A DNA stretch of 64,000 nt from an uncultured virus (IMG/VR IMGVR_UViG_3300024358_000470) (Duplodnaviria > Heunggongvirae > Uroviricota > Caudoviricetes): the IMG/VR virus record IMGVR_UViG_3300024358_000470; one strand, given 5' to 3'. The notes under the pieces were generated by a model. It did not search any database. It had not been told where the DNA came from and was given only the letters and a program-made list of their open reading frames with translations. This document shows, piece by piece, positions 21,340 to 30,105 of this stretch; positions within the stretch are counted from its first letter, which is position 1; the number at the start of each line of letters is the position of its first letter. The translations under genes and the position numbers were made by a program.

Positions 21340-23019
21340 ATGCCAGTATTTTATAATTTTATCAACAATAGAGAAAATTTAGTGGCATATTCCACTTATG
21401 AAGGGACTGTTACGTGGATTAATAATTTTCCCGCAGGTGCAACAATAACTACAGGAATAACTGCACCTGATGGAACAAATACAGCAATTAGATTTACATG
21501 CAATAATACAACTAATGCATTATTAAGAGTTAATTTTCCTTCATTCACTCCCAACGGAACTGATACTTATACGACAAGTTTTTTTGTAAGGAGAATTAGT
21601 GGAACTGGTAGTGCATTTACTGATTTAGCAGATGGAAGTCCTTCAGTTGATTACTCATCACAATTAATTACTAATCAGTGGGTAAGAGTAACTACAAGTG
21701 GAGTTCCAACAGCAACCGCAAAAAGTTTTATTGACTTATATTCTGATAACAATACAAATCTTGTTCTTGATTTTTGGGGAGTTCAAATAGAAAGAAAATC
21801 TTCTGCTGGTGTTTATGTTCCAACCTATGGAAGTATAGTAACAGGTAATGATGGATTGACTTATAGTTTTGATAATGTTTTTGTTCCTGCTGATTTGTTT
21901 CGTGAAGGAAACTTATGGACTTGGGGCACTAATTCTGATGGACGACTAGGAGACAATACAACAACTGGTAAACTCACTCCAATCACAACATTTGCTGGTG
22001 GAACCAATTGGAAACAACTTTCTTGTGGAGACACTCATACTGCAGCAATTAAAACGGATGGAACTTTATGGCTTTGGGGTAGTAATAATACTGGACAACT
22101 AGGAGACAGTACAACAACCAATAAATTAACTCCAGTCACTACATTCGCAGGAGGAAACAACTGGAAACAAGTTAATGCTGGAGGTTATCGTTCTACTGTA
22201 GCAATTAAAACTGATGGAACTTTATGGTCTTGGGGTCGTGGTTTTGTCGGACAAATGGGAAACGCTGCAACAGATAATAAATCAACTCCAGTCACTACAT
22301 TCACAGGAGGAACCAACTGGAAACAAGTTACTGCCGGAAGAGGCCATATAGCGGCAATCAAAACTGATGGAACTTTATGGGTTTGGGGTGATGGATCTTT
22401 TGGAAGACTTGGAATTAATGCTACTGGTAATAGATCAACTCCAGTCACAACATTTGCTGGAGGGACTAATTGGAGTCAAATAAGTAATGGAGGTAGTTTT
22501 TCTACAGCAATTAAAACTGATGGAACTCTTTGGACTTGGGGTTATAATACTTCTGCACAATTAGGAAACAATTCAAATACTAATGTATCCACTCCGATCA
22601 CTACATTCGCAGGAGGAACCAACTGGAAACAAGTTTCTGGTGGTGGTTATCATACAGCAGCAATCAAAACTGATGGAACTTTATGGACTTGGGGTCGTAA
22701 TTATGAGGGACAACTAGGAATCACTAGATCTGGTGCTGGAAACGATGCATCTACTCCAGTCACTACATTCGCAGGAGGAACCAACTGGAAACAAGTTGGT
22801 TGTAGTGGTTCTAATATATGTCGTATTACAATAGCAATCAAGACCGATGGAACTTTATGGACTTGGGGTGATAATTCTAATGGACAACAGGGAATCAATG
22901 GTTCTGGTACTAGTAAATCAACTCCAATCACTACATTCGCAGGAGGAACCAACTGGAAACAAGTTTCTAGTGGAGATAGGTTTTCGGTAGCACTCACATA
23001 CATCGATCCTGTGATATAA
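21340..23019 (+). CDS. CBM-like module fused to a 7-bladed RCC1/BLIP-II propeller
   Basis: N-terminal NLVAYS...APDGT...WVRV...FWGVQIE module followed by seven RCC1 repeats. Confidence 0.85.
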   Translation: MPVFYNFINNRENLVAYSTYEGTVTWINNFPAGATITTGITAPDGTNTAIRFTCNNTTNALLRVNFPSFTPNGTDTYTTSFFVRRISGTGSAFTDLADGSPSVDYSSQLITNQWVRVTTSGVPTATAKSFIDLYSDNNTNLVLDFWGVQIERKSSAGVYVPTYGSIVTGNDGLTYSFDNVFVPADLFREGNLWTWGTNSDGRLGDNTTTGKLTPITTFAGGTNWKQLSCGDTHTAAIKTDGTLWLWGSNNTGQLGDSTTTNKLTPVTTFAGGNNWKQVNAGGYRSTVAIKTDGTLWSWGRGFVGQMGNAATDNKSTPVTTFTGGTNWKQVTAGRGHIAAIKTDGTLWVWGDGSFGRLGINATGNRSTPVTTFAGGTNWSQISNGGSFSTAIKTDGTLWTWGYNTSAQLGNNSNTNVSTPITTFAGGTNWKQVSGGGYHTAAIKTDGTLWTWGRNYEGQLGITRSGAGNDASTPVTTFAGGTNWKQVGCSGSNICRITIAIKTDGTLWTWGDNSNGQQGINGSGTSKSTPITTFAGGTNWKQVSSGDRFSVALTYIDPVI

Positions 23020-23043
23020 TACATAATAAGAAAGAAATAAACT

Positions 23044-23826
23044 ATGAAGACATTATATTTTCTTGGAGGACTTCCAAGAAGTGGTTCTACATTACTTGGG
23101 TCACTTCTCAATCAACATCCAGACATTTATGTATCACCAACATCTCCATTAGGTGATGTAGTAACTGATATTGAGAAATCATTTAATACTTTAGATATCC
23201 AATTTACCTTTGACCGCAAGGCAATTTCGTATAATGTCTATAAGGCAGTTCTTGCAAACTTTTATAATCACATTCCAAAATCAACAATTCTAGATAAGCA
23301 TCGGTTTTGGGGAAAGAATCTTGATACCGTTCAAATGTTTCTTTCCAACAAACCAAAAATTGTAGCAACTTATCGTTCTATTCCAGAAGTTCTTACATCT
23401 TATATTTCACTCATAGAAAGGTCAAAGCACTATGATAATTTCATTGATAATCATTTAAGGAATGATAATCTACCAATTACAAATAATAATCGTGCAGAAT
23501 ATATTTGGAGATATTATGTTGCTCCTTCTTATGAGAGTATGGTTTATGGACTCAACAAATATCCAGATTGGGTTCATTTAGTTGAATATAATGCTCTAGT
23601 CAATAATCCAGAAGAAGAACTGAGTAAAATCTATGAGTTTTTAGAAGTTCCATCTCATACAAATACTTTCAATAACATTGAAAATGCTTGTGGAGAACAA
23701 AAGGACGAAGAATGGGGACTTAGAGGGCTTCATGATATTCGTCCAAATCTTGCCAAAATTTCACAAAATCCTATTGAAGTAATAGGAGAAGAGAATATAA
23801 AACTTTATTCCAAGTTTGATATATGA
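23044..23826 (+). CDS. Sulfotransferase family protein
   Basis: GGLPRSGSTLL 5'-PSB loop; R-S...EVLTS 3'-PB-like motif; YNALVNNPEEELSKIYEFL. Confidence 0.82.
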   Translation: MKTLYFLGGLPRSGSTLLGSLLNQHPDIYVSPTSPLGDVVTDIEKSFNTLDIQFTFDRKAISYNVYKAVLANFYNHIPKSTILDKHRFWGKNLDTVQMFLSNKPKIVATYRSIPEVLTSYISLIERSKHYDNFIDNHLRNDNLPITNNNRAEYIWRYYVAPSYESMVYGLNKYPDWVHLVEYNALVNNPEEELSKIYEFLEVPSHTNTFNNIENACGEQKDEEWGLRGLHDIRPNLAKISQNPIEVIGEENIKLYSKFDI

Positions 23827-24626
23827 AAACTCATTTGTTAGTTGTCGTCCAGACTCATTCAAAAGGAAACCGAGATAAAGATTCTGGAAGATATTGTGAA
23901 GCACCAAAGATCGAAGTTTCTTCAAGGTGTATCTTTTCTTTGATTGATAGTCTCAATTACGCACAAGAACATTATCCAGATTATGAAATAGAACTTCAAA
24001 TCTTTGATGACCACTCGGACAAAGAATTTTTAGATATTTTAGAAAAACTTATCAGCATTGCAAAGTTCAAAGTTAATCTAACCCATCTTGAGACTTATGG
24101 TATTATGCCATCTATTTTGAGGTGCTACGAACATGGAAGAGATTATGGAAAAGATTGGGTCTATTATGTTCAAGATGATTTTCTTCATCAACAAGACTCT
24201 GTTGAACTGATGATACATGCAATTAATCAGTTTAGTTGTAATCTAGGTTCTCCTGCAAGTATCTTTCCATTCAATAAGCCAGCAGAGTATCACGAAGCAG
24301 AAAACACTGCAGTTCCTTGTCATCTTGTAGTATCAAAAGATAGATATTGGAGAACTAATTTTCATGTAGCAGTGACTTTAATGACTCATGTTGATATTAT
24401 TAGAAAGCACTGGGACTTGTTCCACAAAATGGGAACAAGTGAGGTAAGTGAAACGATGGAAATGGATAGTATTTGTAGGGTTTATTATGAAAGAGGACAT
24501 TTCTGCTTTACTCCAATTCCTTCTTTAGCACTACATATGCAAGGAGAATATGATAGAGACTTCTTTATTGATTGGAAGTCTTGGTGGAATGAATATGATT
24601 TGGAGAAATTAAAAACCTATGTTTAG
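23823..24626 (+). CDS. GT2/GT-A-like glycosyltransferase
   Basis: IFDDHSD, YYVQDDFLH and PIPSLALHM motifs. Confidence 0.65.
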   Translation: MKTHLLVVVQTHSKGNRDKDSGRYCEAPKIEVSSRCIFSLIDSLNYAQEHYPDYEIELQIFDDHSDKEFLDILEKLISIAKFKVNLTHLETYGIMPSILRCYEHGRDYGKDWVYYVQDDFLHQQDSVELMIHAINQFSCNLGSPASIFPFNKPAEYHEAENTAVPCHLVVSKDRYWRTNFHVAVTLMTHVDIIRKHWDLFHKMGTSEVSETMEMDSICRVYYERGHFCFTPIPSLALHMQGEYDRDFFIDWKSWWNEYDLEKLKTYV

Positions 24627-25218
24627 TCATATATCATTACCAAATCCCGGTGTCACATCTGGTGTTCTTCCAGAAGAACTTTATAATCAAGTAATGAATG
24701 AAGTAAATGAAATCTCTTCTGATTTTCATTCTCATTCAAATTACAATAATGGTCTTGCAGGAAATATAGAAAATCAATATGAGTTGCAAAAGTCTATGTT
24801 AGTTTTGCAACCATATCTCAATGAAATGTGTAAGTCATATACAGACTATTGGAATTTCTACAAAAAACCAAGTGACTTTAAACTCACTCATCTGTGGGTC
24901 AATTTTCAAAAGAAGAATGAGTTTAATCCAATTCACCATCACAGCAGCACTTTTAGTTTTGTTTGCTGGTTAAAAATTCCATACAAAGTAGAAGAAGAGT
25001 TGAATGCGGCTCATGTAAAAGATACAAAAGCAAAAGCAGCATCAACTTTCCAATTCATCTATCCAAATATTTTAGGACAACTTACTTTAGAAACCTTATA
25101 TGTCAATGAGGATTGGTGTGGTAGAATAGTATTGTTCCCAGCACATTTATCTCATTGCGTCTATCCATTTTCTACAAGTGATGATTATAGAATTTCAATA
25201 TCAGGCAATTTAGAATGA
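24619..25218 (+). CDS. Putative 2OG-Fe(II) oxygenase (cyanophage type)
   Basis: LWVNFQKKNEFNPIHHH...SFVCW...LFPAHLSHCVYPF...RISISGN. Confidence 0.8.
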   Translation: MFSHISLPNPGVTSGVLPEELYNQVMNEVNEISSDFHSHSNYNNGLAGNIENQYELQKSMLVLQPYLNEMCKSYTDYWNFYKKPSDFKLTHLWVNFQKKNEFNPIHHHSSTFSFVCWLKIPYKVEEELNAAHVKDTKAKAASTFQFIYPNILGQLTLETLYVNEDWCGRIVLFPAHLSHCVYPFSTSDDYRISISGNLE

Positions 25219-25895
25219 AGCGAACATTAGAAAGTTTTTATCCAACAGAGAATTCTTTTATAGAAAATACTTATATTATTACTCTACCAAATAATGAAAC
25301 TTCAAAGACCTTAACTCAAAGATGTATAGAGAGTTGTATTGCAGTAGAGCAACCTTATACTCTTTGGGAAGGTTTTGATGGTTCTTCTGGAGAAATTGTA
25401 ATACCGAAACATCTTCAAGACAAAGATTACTTGAAATGGTTGAAGGTCAATCATAAATTTATGACACCATCTCAAATTGGGTGTTGCTTATCTCACTTTA
25501 GTTTGTGGTTTCATTGTATCACAATAGATAGACCTATCGTTATATTAGAGCACGATGCTATAATGGTAGAGAAATTTTTTGGTCCCTATCCTTTTTATAA
25601 TGCAATCACATATCTTGGTTGTAAGGAACAGAAGTATAATGGGATGTCCGTTCAACCAACTCCAATTCATATGCAATCACCTGATACTTTCACTCGTAAA
25701 ATAGGTCGGGCACATGCATATGCAATTGACCCTGCTGTTGCGAAGTTAATGGTTTCTCGTCTTCTGGTTGATGGTATTACTACAATGAACGATGAGTTTA
25801 TGCACGCTAATCTATTTACGATTATTCAATATGGATTTTATGCATATGATGAACCAGGAGAAACAACAATACAAACACCCAATTATCCTTTTTAG
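25215..25895 (+). CDS. Glycosyltransferase family 25-like
   Basis: YIITL...GFDG...IGCCLSHFSLW...ILEHDA...AHAYAI. Confidence 0.75.
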   Translation: MKRTLESFYPTENSFIENTYIITLPNNETSKTLTQRCIESCIAVEQPYTLWEGFDGSSGEIVIPKHLQDKDYLKWLKVNHKFMTPSQIGCCLSHFSLWFHCITIDRPIVILEHDAIMVEKFFGPYPFYNAITYLGCKEQKYNGMSVQPTPIHMQSPDTFTRKIGRAHAYAIDPAVAKLMVSRLLVDGITTMNDEFMHANLFTIIQYGFYAYDEPGETTIQTPNYPF

Positions 25896-25897
25896 AA

Positions 25898-26596
25898 ATG
25901 ACAAAAATTAATGTTTATTTGAGACATTGCTATTATTCCAAAATTCAAGAGAGTCCTGGAAAACAAAGACCTTCTTGGTGGGACAAAGAAAAGGTATTCC
26001 AAAACTTCAAAAATACTCTCAATCCAGAAACAACAAAATACGCAATCATTTATGACGAACATTATGGAAAGATAGAAGATACTTTCCTATCAAATGAAGA
26101 AAATATATATACGATCAATTGCGGCGGAGAAGCAAAGAGCTTTATAGAAACTTTGAAGTATATTAAAACACAAAATCATTCTCAAGATGATATCATTTAC
26201 TTCTTGGAAGATGATTATATTCATCAACCAGGGTGGGATAAAGTTCTGTTAGAGGCATTCGCCCTTCCCATCTCTTATGCGACCTTGTACGACCACAGAG
26301 ACAAGTATGGTGAGTATTATGCAGAGTTCCGAACTAAAGTTTTATTTACAGATTCTTGTCATTGGATGGCAACTCCTTCAACAACCAATACATTTGCTGT
26401 GAAGTATTCAACTCTTGTAGAGGACTTTTACACGCACACTAAATATTCTACAGGTGTGGAACCTTCTGCGGACCACCAAAAATTTCTGGAGTTAGCACAG
26501 AGAGGAAGAGTTTTAATATCATCACTTCCTGGTTATTCTACACATTGTCAAGCAGATTTATTATCACCTTGTATTGATTGGAAAAAGTTTTTATGA
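25898..26596 (+). CDS. GT-A-like glycosyltransferase
   Basis: IIYFLEDDYIH motif; STTNTFA; PGYSTH. Confidence 0.6.
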   Translation: MTKINVYLRHCYYSKIQESPGKQRPSWWDKEKVFQNFKNTLNPETTKYAIIYDEHYGKIEDTFLSNEENIYTINCGGEAKSFIETLKYIKTQNHSQDDIIYFLEDDYIHQPGWDKVLLEAFALPISYATLYDHRDKYGEYYAEFRTKVLFTDSCHWMATPSTTNTFAVKYSTLVEDFYTHTKYSTGVEPSADHQKFLELAQRGRVLISSLPGYSTHCQADLLSPCIDWKKFL

Positions 26597-27159
26597 AAGT
26601 AGTTCAAATTGGTTCTAATAAAGGTGATGATGATTTATCTAAACATCTCAAAGAAAATTATAATGAATTAGAATTTGGACTTTTTGTTGAAGCAAATCCA
26701 CTACATATTGGAAATTTAAAAAATTGCTATTCTCAATATCAAAATTCTGTTATTGAGAATGTTGCAATTAAAGTTCCTTCTTACAATGAAGACACATTAA
26801 AACTTTATTATCATCAAAATGATGGTCCAATGTACCATGTCGCTTCTTGTGTGAAGTCTCATATTGAAATTTATTATCCAAGTGACGGAATTAGATATTT
26901 TGAAGTTCCTTGTATAACTATAAATCAATTATTTGAAAAGTATGATATCAAGGAATTGGATTGGTTACTATTGGATATTGAAGGAATTGACTCTGAAATT
27001 TTATTAACAACAGATTGGAATAATTATGATATTCAAAGAATTGAATATGAAGAATTACATCTTGGTGATAAAAAACATGAAATAGAAAATATTTTCAAAA
27101 CTCTTGGTTATAAAAAAACAACTGCTTTACATCATTACGATAATGCTTGGGAAAAATAA
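26593..27159 (+). CDS. FkbM-family SAM-dependent methyltransferase
   Basis: VVQIGSNKG...FVEANP...ENVAI...LLDIEGID...IEYE. Confidence 0.8.
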   Translation: MKVVQIGSNKGDDDLSKHLKENYNELEFGLFVEANPLHIGNLKNCYSQYQNSVIENVAIKVPSYNEDTLKLYYHQNDGPMYHVASCVKSHIEIYYPSDGIRYFEVPCITINQLFEKYDIKELDWLLLDIEGIDSEILLTTDWNNYDIQRIEYEELHLGDKKHEIENIFKTLGYKKTTALHHYDNAWEK

Positions 27160-27161
27160 TT

Positions 27162-27467
27162 ATGAAAAATCATCCTGTAGTTGAAACTGAATATTTTAAC
27201 ATTATTAAGGGAGTTGTAGATGGTCTTCATAAATCTGGAATGACCGAAGCAGGTTCTGGATATTGTTTGAGTATGAGTGATATTGTACTTAAACTTTTAC
27301 ATAAAGAAGGAATTAAGGCAAGATTGGTAGAGTGTAACTTAATGGTTACACTTAAAAATCCTCCTGGATTGTTTTTAATGGGTTATCCAGGATTCAATCA
27401 AAATAATTACACTGCTGATAATTCGCGGTACATACGACTTCTATCAAACCTTCATCAATCCTCATAG
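27162..27467 (+). CDS. Hypothetical protein, possibly truncated or fused by deletion
   Basis: About 101 aa from the ATG at 27162; GYCLSMS motif. C-terminus looks out of frame (see findings). Confidence 0.45.
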   Translation: MKNHPVVETEYFNIIKGVVDGLHKSGMTEAGSGYCLSMSDIVLKLLHKEGIKARLVECNLMVTLKNPPGLFLMGYPGFNQNNYTADNSRYIRLLSNLHQSS

Positions 27468-27521
27468 TGGATGGGGTCCTAATAAATCAGAAATTATTAA
27501 AAACAACAAGTGAGGATTAAA

Positions 27522-28493
27522 ATGAAAGTTACACTATACGCAATCGCAAAGAACGAAGAAAAAAATATTGAAAAGTTTCTCAAGAATGCAGAGAAATTTG
27601 ATGATGTCGTTGTAGTCGATACTGGAAGTACAGACAATACAATTCAACTACTTAAAGATGCTGGTATTAAAGTCTACGAGCATCCACAGACTCGTGCAGA
27701 GTTTGATTTTTCAGTAGCAAGAAATCAGGCATTATCTTATGTGGAAACTGATTGGGCTTTTTCTATAGATTTTAATGAAGAAATAGATGATTTTTTCCCA
27801 GAGGGTCTTGCAGTAATCTCTGAAGAGTTTACAACATTTAAACATGAAAGGTATGATAAAATTGATGATGAAGAACCAACTCTAGGTCAAACTGCACATG
27901 TTCGTTTTCATAGAACTAAAAACTATACTTGGGTAAATGCAGTTCACGAAACTCCAATGTTTCTTCCAACTGAAGAACATCTTGGTGAGGTTGCAGTAGA
28001 TACTACAATTAAGATTACTAAAAACCTTCAACCAAGTATTGATAAAGAACTTTTCTATCTTTCAATCTGCGAGAGAGAATATCAAAATAATCCAGAAAAT
28101 AATTATTATCTTTGGTTTATTTTTAAGCACTACTATCAGGTCAAAAATCTCAATAAAGTACTTGAGGTAGGTCAACAATATCTCAATATCTCCAAAGCAT
28201 ATTTTGATCCACAAAGGATTGATGTGTTCATCATGTGTAGTATTTGTTTAGTTAATCTTAAAGAGGTAGAAAAGTCTGCAAACTATGCTTTCCATGCACT
28301 CAGTGAAGCAATGAATTTTGGTGGAGGACTTCTAGGAAAAGCATTTAATCACTTGTTAGAAATTGGAAAACTCACACAAAATCCAAATATTATTATCTTT
28401 GCAACAGGATTTAATCCAGAAACTTTAACTTATCCAGAAAGAACTCAAGCGATAAAGAGTCTTTATGATAGTAATCACATGAATTTTGTATGA
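27522..28493 (+). CDS. GT2 glycosyltransferase with C-terminal TPR-like helices
   Basis: YAIAKNEE...VVVDTGSTDNT...FDFSVARNQAL...WVNAVHE; helical C-terminus. Confidence 0.82.
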   Translation: MKVTLYAIAKNEEKNIEKFLKNAEKFDDVVVVDTGSTDNTIQLLKDAGIKVYEHPQTRAEFDFSVARNQALSYVETDWAFSIDFNEEIDDFFPEGLAVISEEFTTFKHERYDKIDDEEPTLGQTAHVRFHRTKNYTWVNAVHETPMFLPTEEHLGEVAVDTTIKITKNLQPSIDKELFYLSICEREYQNNPENNYYLWFIFKHYYQVKNLNKVLEVGQQYLNISKAYFDPQRIDVFIMCSICLVNLKEVEKSANYAFHALSEAMNFGGGLLGKAFNHLLEIGKLTQNPNIIIFATGFNPETLTYPERTQAIKSLYDSNHMNFV

Positions 28494-29314
28494 GTAAAAT
28501 AGCAGTTTTTGGGGGGACTGGATTTATTGGAGGAACATTTTGTAGATTATACTCACAAAAAGTAAATATAATTCCAAAGCAAAGTATAGAATTTGATACC
28601 AAAGAAGTTTTATATTTTATAAGCACCACCACAAATCAAAATGTTTTTAATGATCTTCATATAGATATAAACACTAATCTAAATTTTCTGATGGATGTCT
28701 TATCCAATTGCAAAGATAAAGACATCACATTTAATTTTATTAGTTCATGTTTTGTTTATGGTAATGATATTATAGATGCAAAAGAAACTGATAATTGCAA
28801 TCCAACTGGATTTTATTCTGTAACAAAAAGATGTGCAGAGCAATTATTAATTTCCTTTTGCAAGACCTTTAATATTAAATATAGAATTTTAAGAATTGGA
28901 AATGTTTATGGATTGGATAAAACAATTTCTTTGAAGAAAAATGTCCTGGCACATATCATAAAACAATTGAAGAAAAATGAAGATGTTCATCTTTATGATA
29001 ACGGAGATTATTTAAAAGACTATATGTTTGTTGAAGATGTATGTAAAGCAATTGAGATAATTTTGGAATTTGGACACCACAACGAAATTTATAATATTGC
29101 TTCGGGAACATCAAATAACTTTAAATATATTATAGAAACAGCAAAAAGTATTACAAATAGTCATAGTAAATTAATTAGTGTTCCAATACCAACTAATCAG
29201 CAATATATTCAAATTAAAAATATGACTTTGAATATCGACAAATTAAAGTCTCTCAAATTCGAACCACAAATTAATTTTAAATACGGTTTGCATATGCTTT
29301 GCAATATGTTATAG
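28490..29314 (+). CDS. NAD-dependent NDP-sugar epimerase/dehydratase/reductase (extended SDR)
   Basis: GGTGFIG; ISSCFVYG; YSVTK (YxxxK); RIGNVYG. Confidence 0.88.
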   Translation: MSKIAVFGGTGFIGGTFCRLYSQKVNIIPKQSIEFDTKEVLYFISTTTNQNVFNDLHIDINTNLNFLMDVLSNCKDKDITFNFISSCFVYGNDIIDAKETDNCNPTGFYSVTKRCAEQLLISFCKTFNIKYRILRIGNVYGLDKTISLKKNVLAHIIKQLKKNEDVHLYDNGDYLKDYMFVEDVCKAIEIILEFGHHNEIYNIASGTSNNFKYIIETAKSITNSHSKLISVPIPTNQQYIQIKNMTLNIDKLKSLKFEPQINFKYGLHMLCNML

Positions 29315-29335
29315 TAAACCATATAATCATTTACT

Positions 29336-30103
29336 ATGTCAATATCAAAAATTCTTGTAGTCAGTAATCATTCTAATCATGACTTAGAGTGGCTAAAAAT
29401 GACTTATGACTATGGATTTTCTCCAGAAAATACTCTTATTTACGATCGAACGCCTAACGATTTTCCGAATAAATCGAAGATATGTCACTTAGGAAAAGTT
29501 ATACCTTCACCTAATGTTGGTTCAAATCCTTATGATATCGGTAGATTTATTGTAGACCACTATGACAATCTTCCGGACATGATGATTCACATCAAAGGAA
29601 ATCTATTAAAAAAAGAACCCCCAAATGGAAAAACTTCATATACAACAGAGAAGAGATTTATATATGCTCTAAAAGCGAATTGGTTTGTTCCTATTGATGG
29701 TGGAAATCATATTCAAAATAATTTTCCTTATATTTTAAATAACAATTTGTTTTCTCTACCCATAGAGTGGGAATTAAAAAACTACACAATGGGGTGTGTT
29801 TTTTCGGAAGAAGATTTTAGAAAAGCAAAAACTTATCCTAGAATCTCTAATTTTCTGGAATTCATGAAAGACTTGTTTATTATAGAAGATTACCAAATTC
29901 CCAAATTTATAAGTTTTGCTCCCGCAGCAAATTATGCCGTACCAAAAAATTGCATCCTAAAGTACAGCAAAAACTTTTATAAAAAAATGATGTATTATAC
30001 TGATTATAATGACAATCCCGTAGAAGCACATTGGTTTGAAAGAATTTTACAATTAGCTTGGCAAGGTTGTCTTGAAGAAAATTTCTCCTATATTGTGAAT
30101 TAA
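29336..30103 (+). CDS. DUF3431-like protein
   Basis: DLEWL...PNVG...FIVDHYDNLPD...FAPAANYAV...EAHWFER. Confidence 0.6.
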   Translation: MSISKILVVSNHSNHDLEWLKMTYDYGFSPENTLIYDRTPNDFPNKSKICHLGKVIPSPNVGSNPYDIGRFIVDHYDNLPDMMIHIKGNLLKKEPPNGKTSYTTEKRFIYALKANWFVPIDGGNHIQNNFPYILNNNLFSLPIEWELKNYTMGCVFSEEDFRKAKTYPRISNFLEFMKDLFIIEDYQIPKFISFAPAANYAVPKNCILKYSKNFYKKMMYYTDYNDNPVEAHWFERILQLAWQGCLEENFSYIVN

Positions 30104-30105
30104 AA

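Noticed and set aside
14638..23019. RCC1 repeats as a CRISPR array or DGR template/variable repeats
   Set aside because: Repeats are in-frame coding units of ~156 bp; no cas or reverse transcriptase gene; variation is not visibly adenine-specific.
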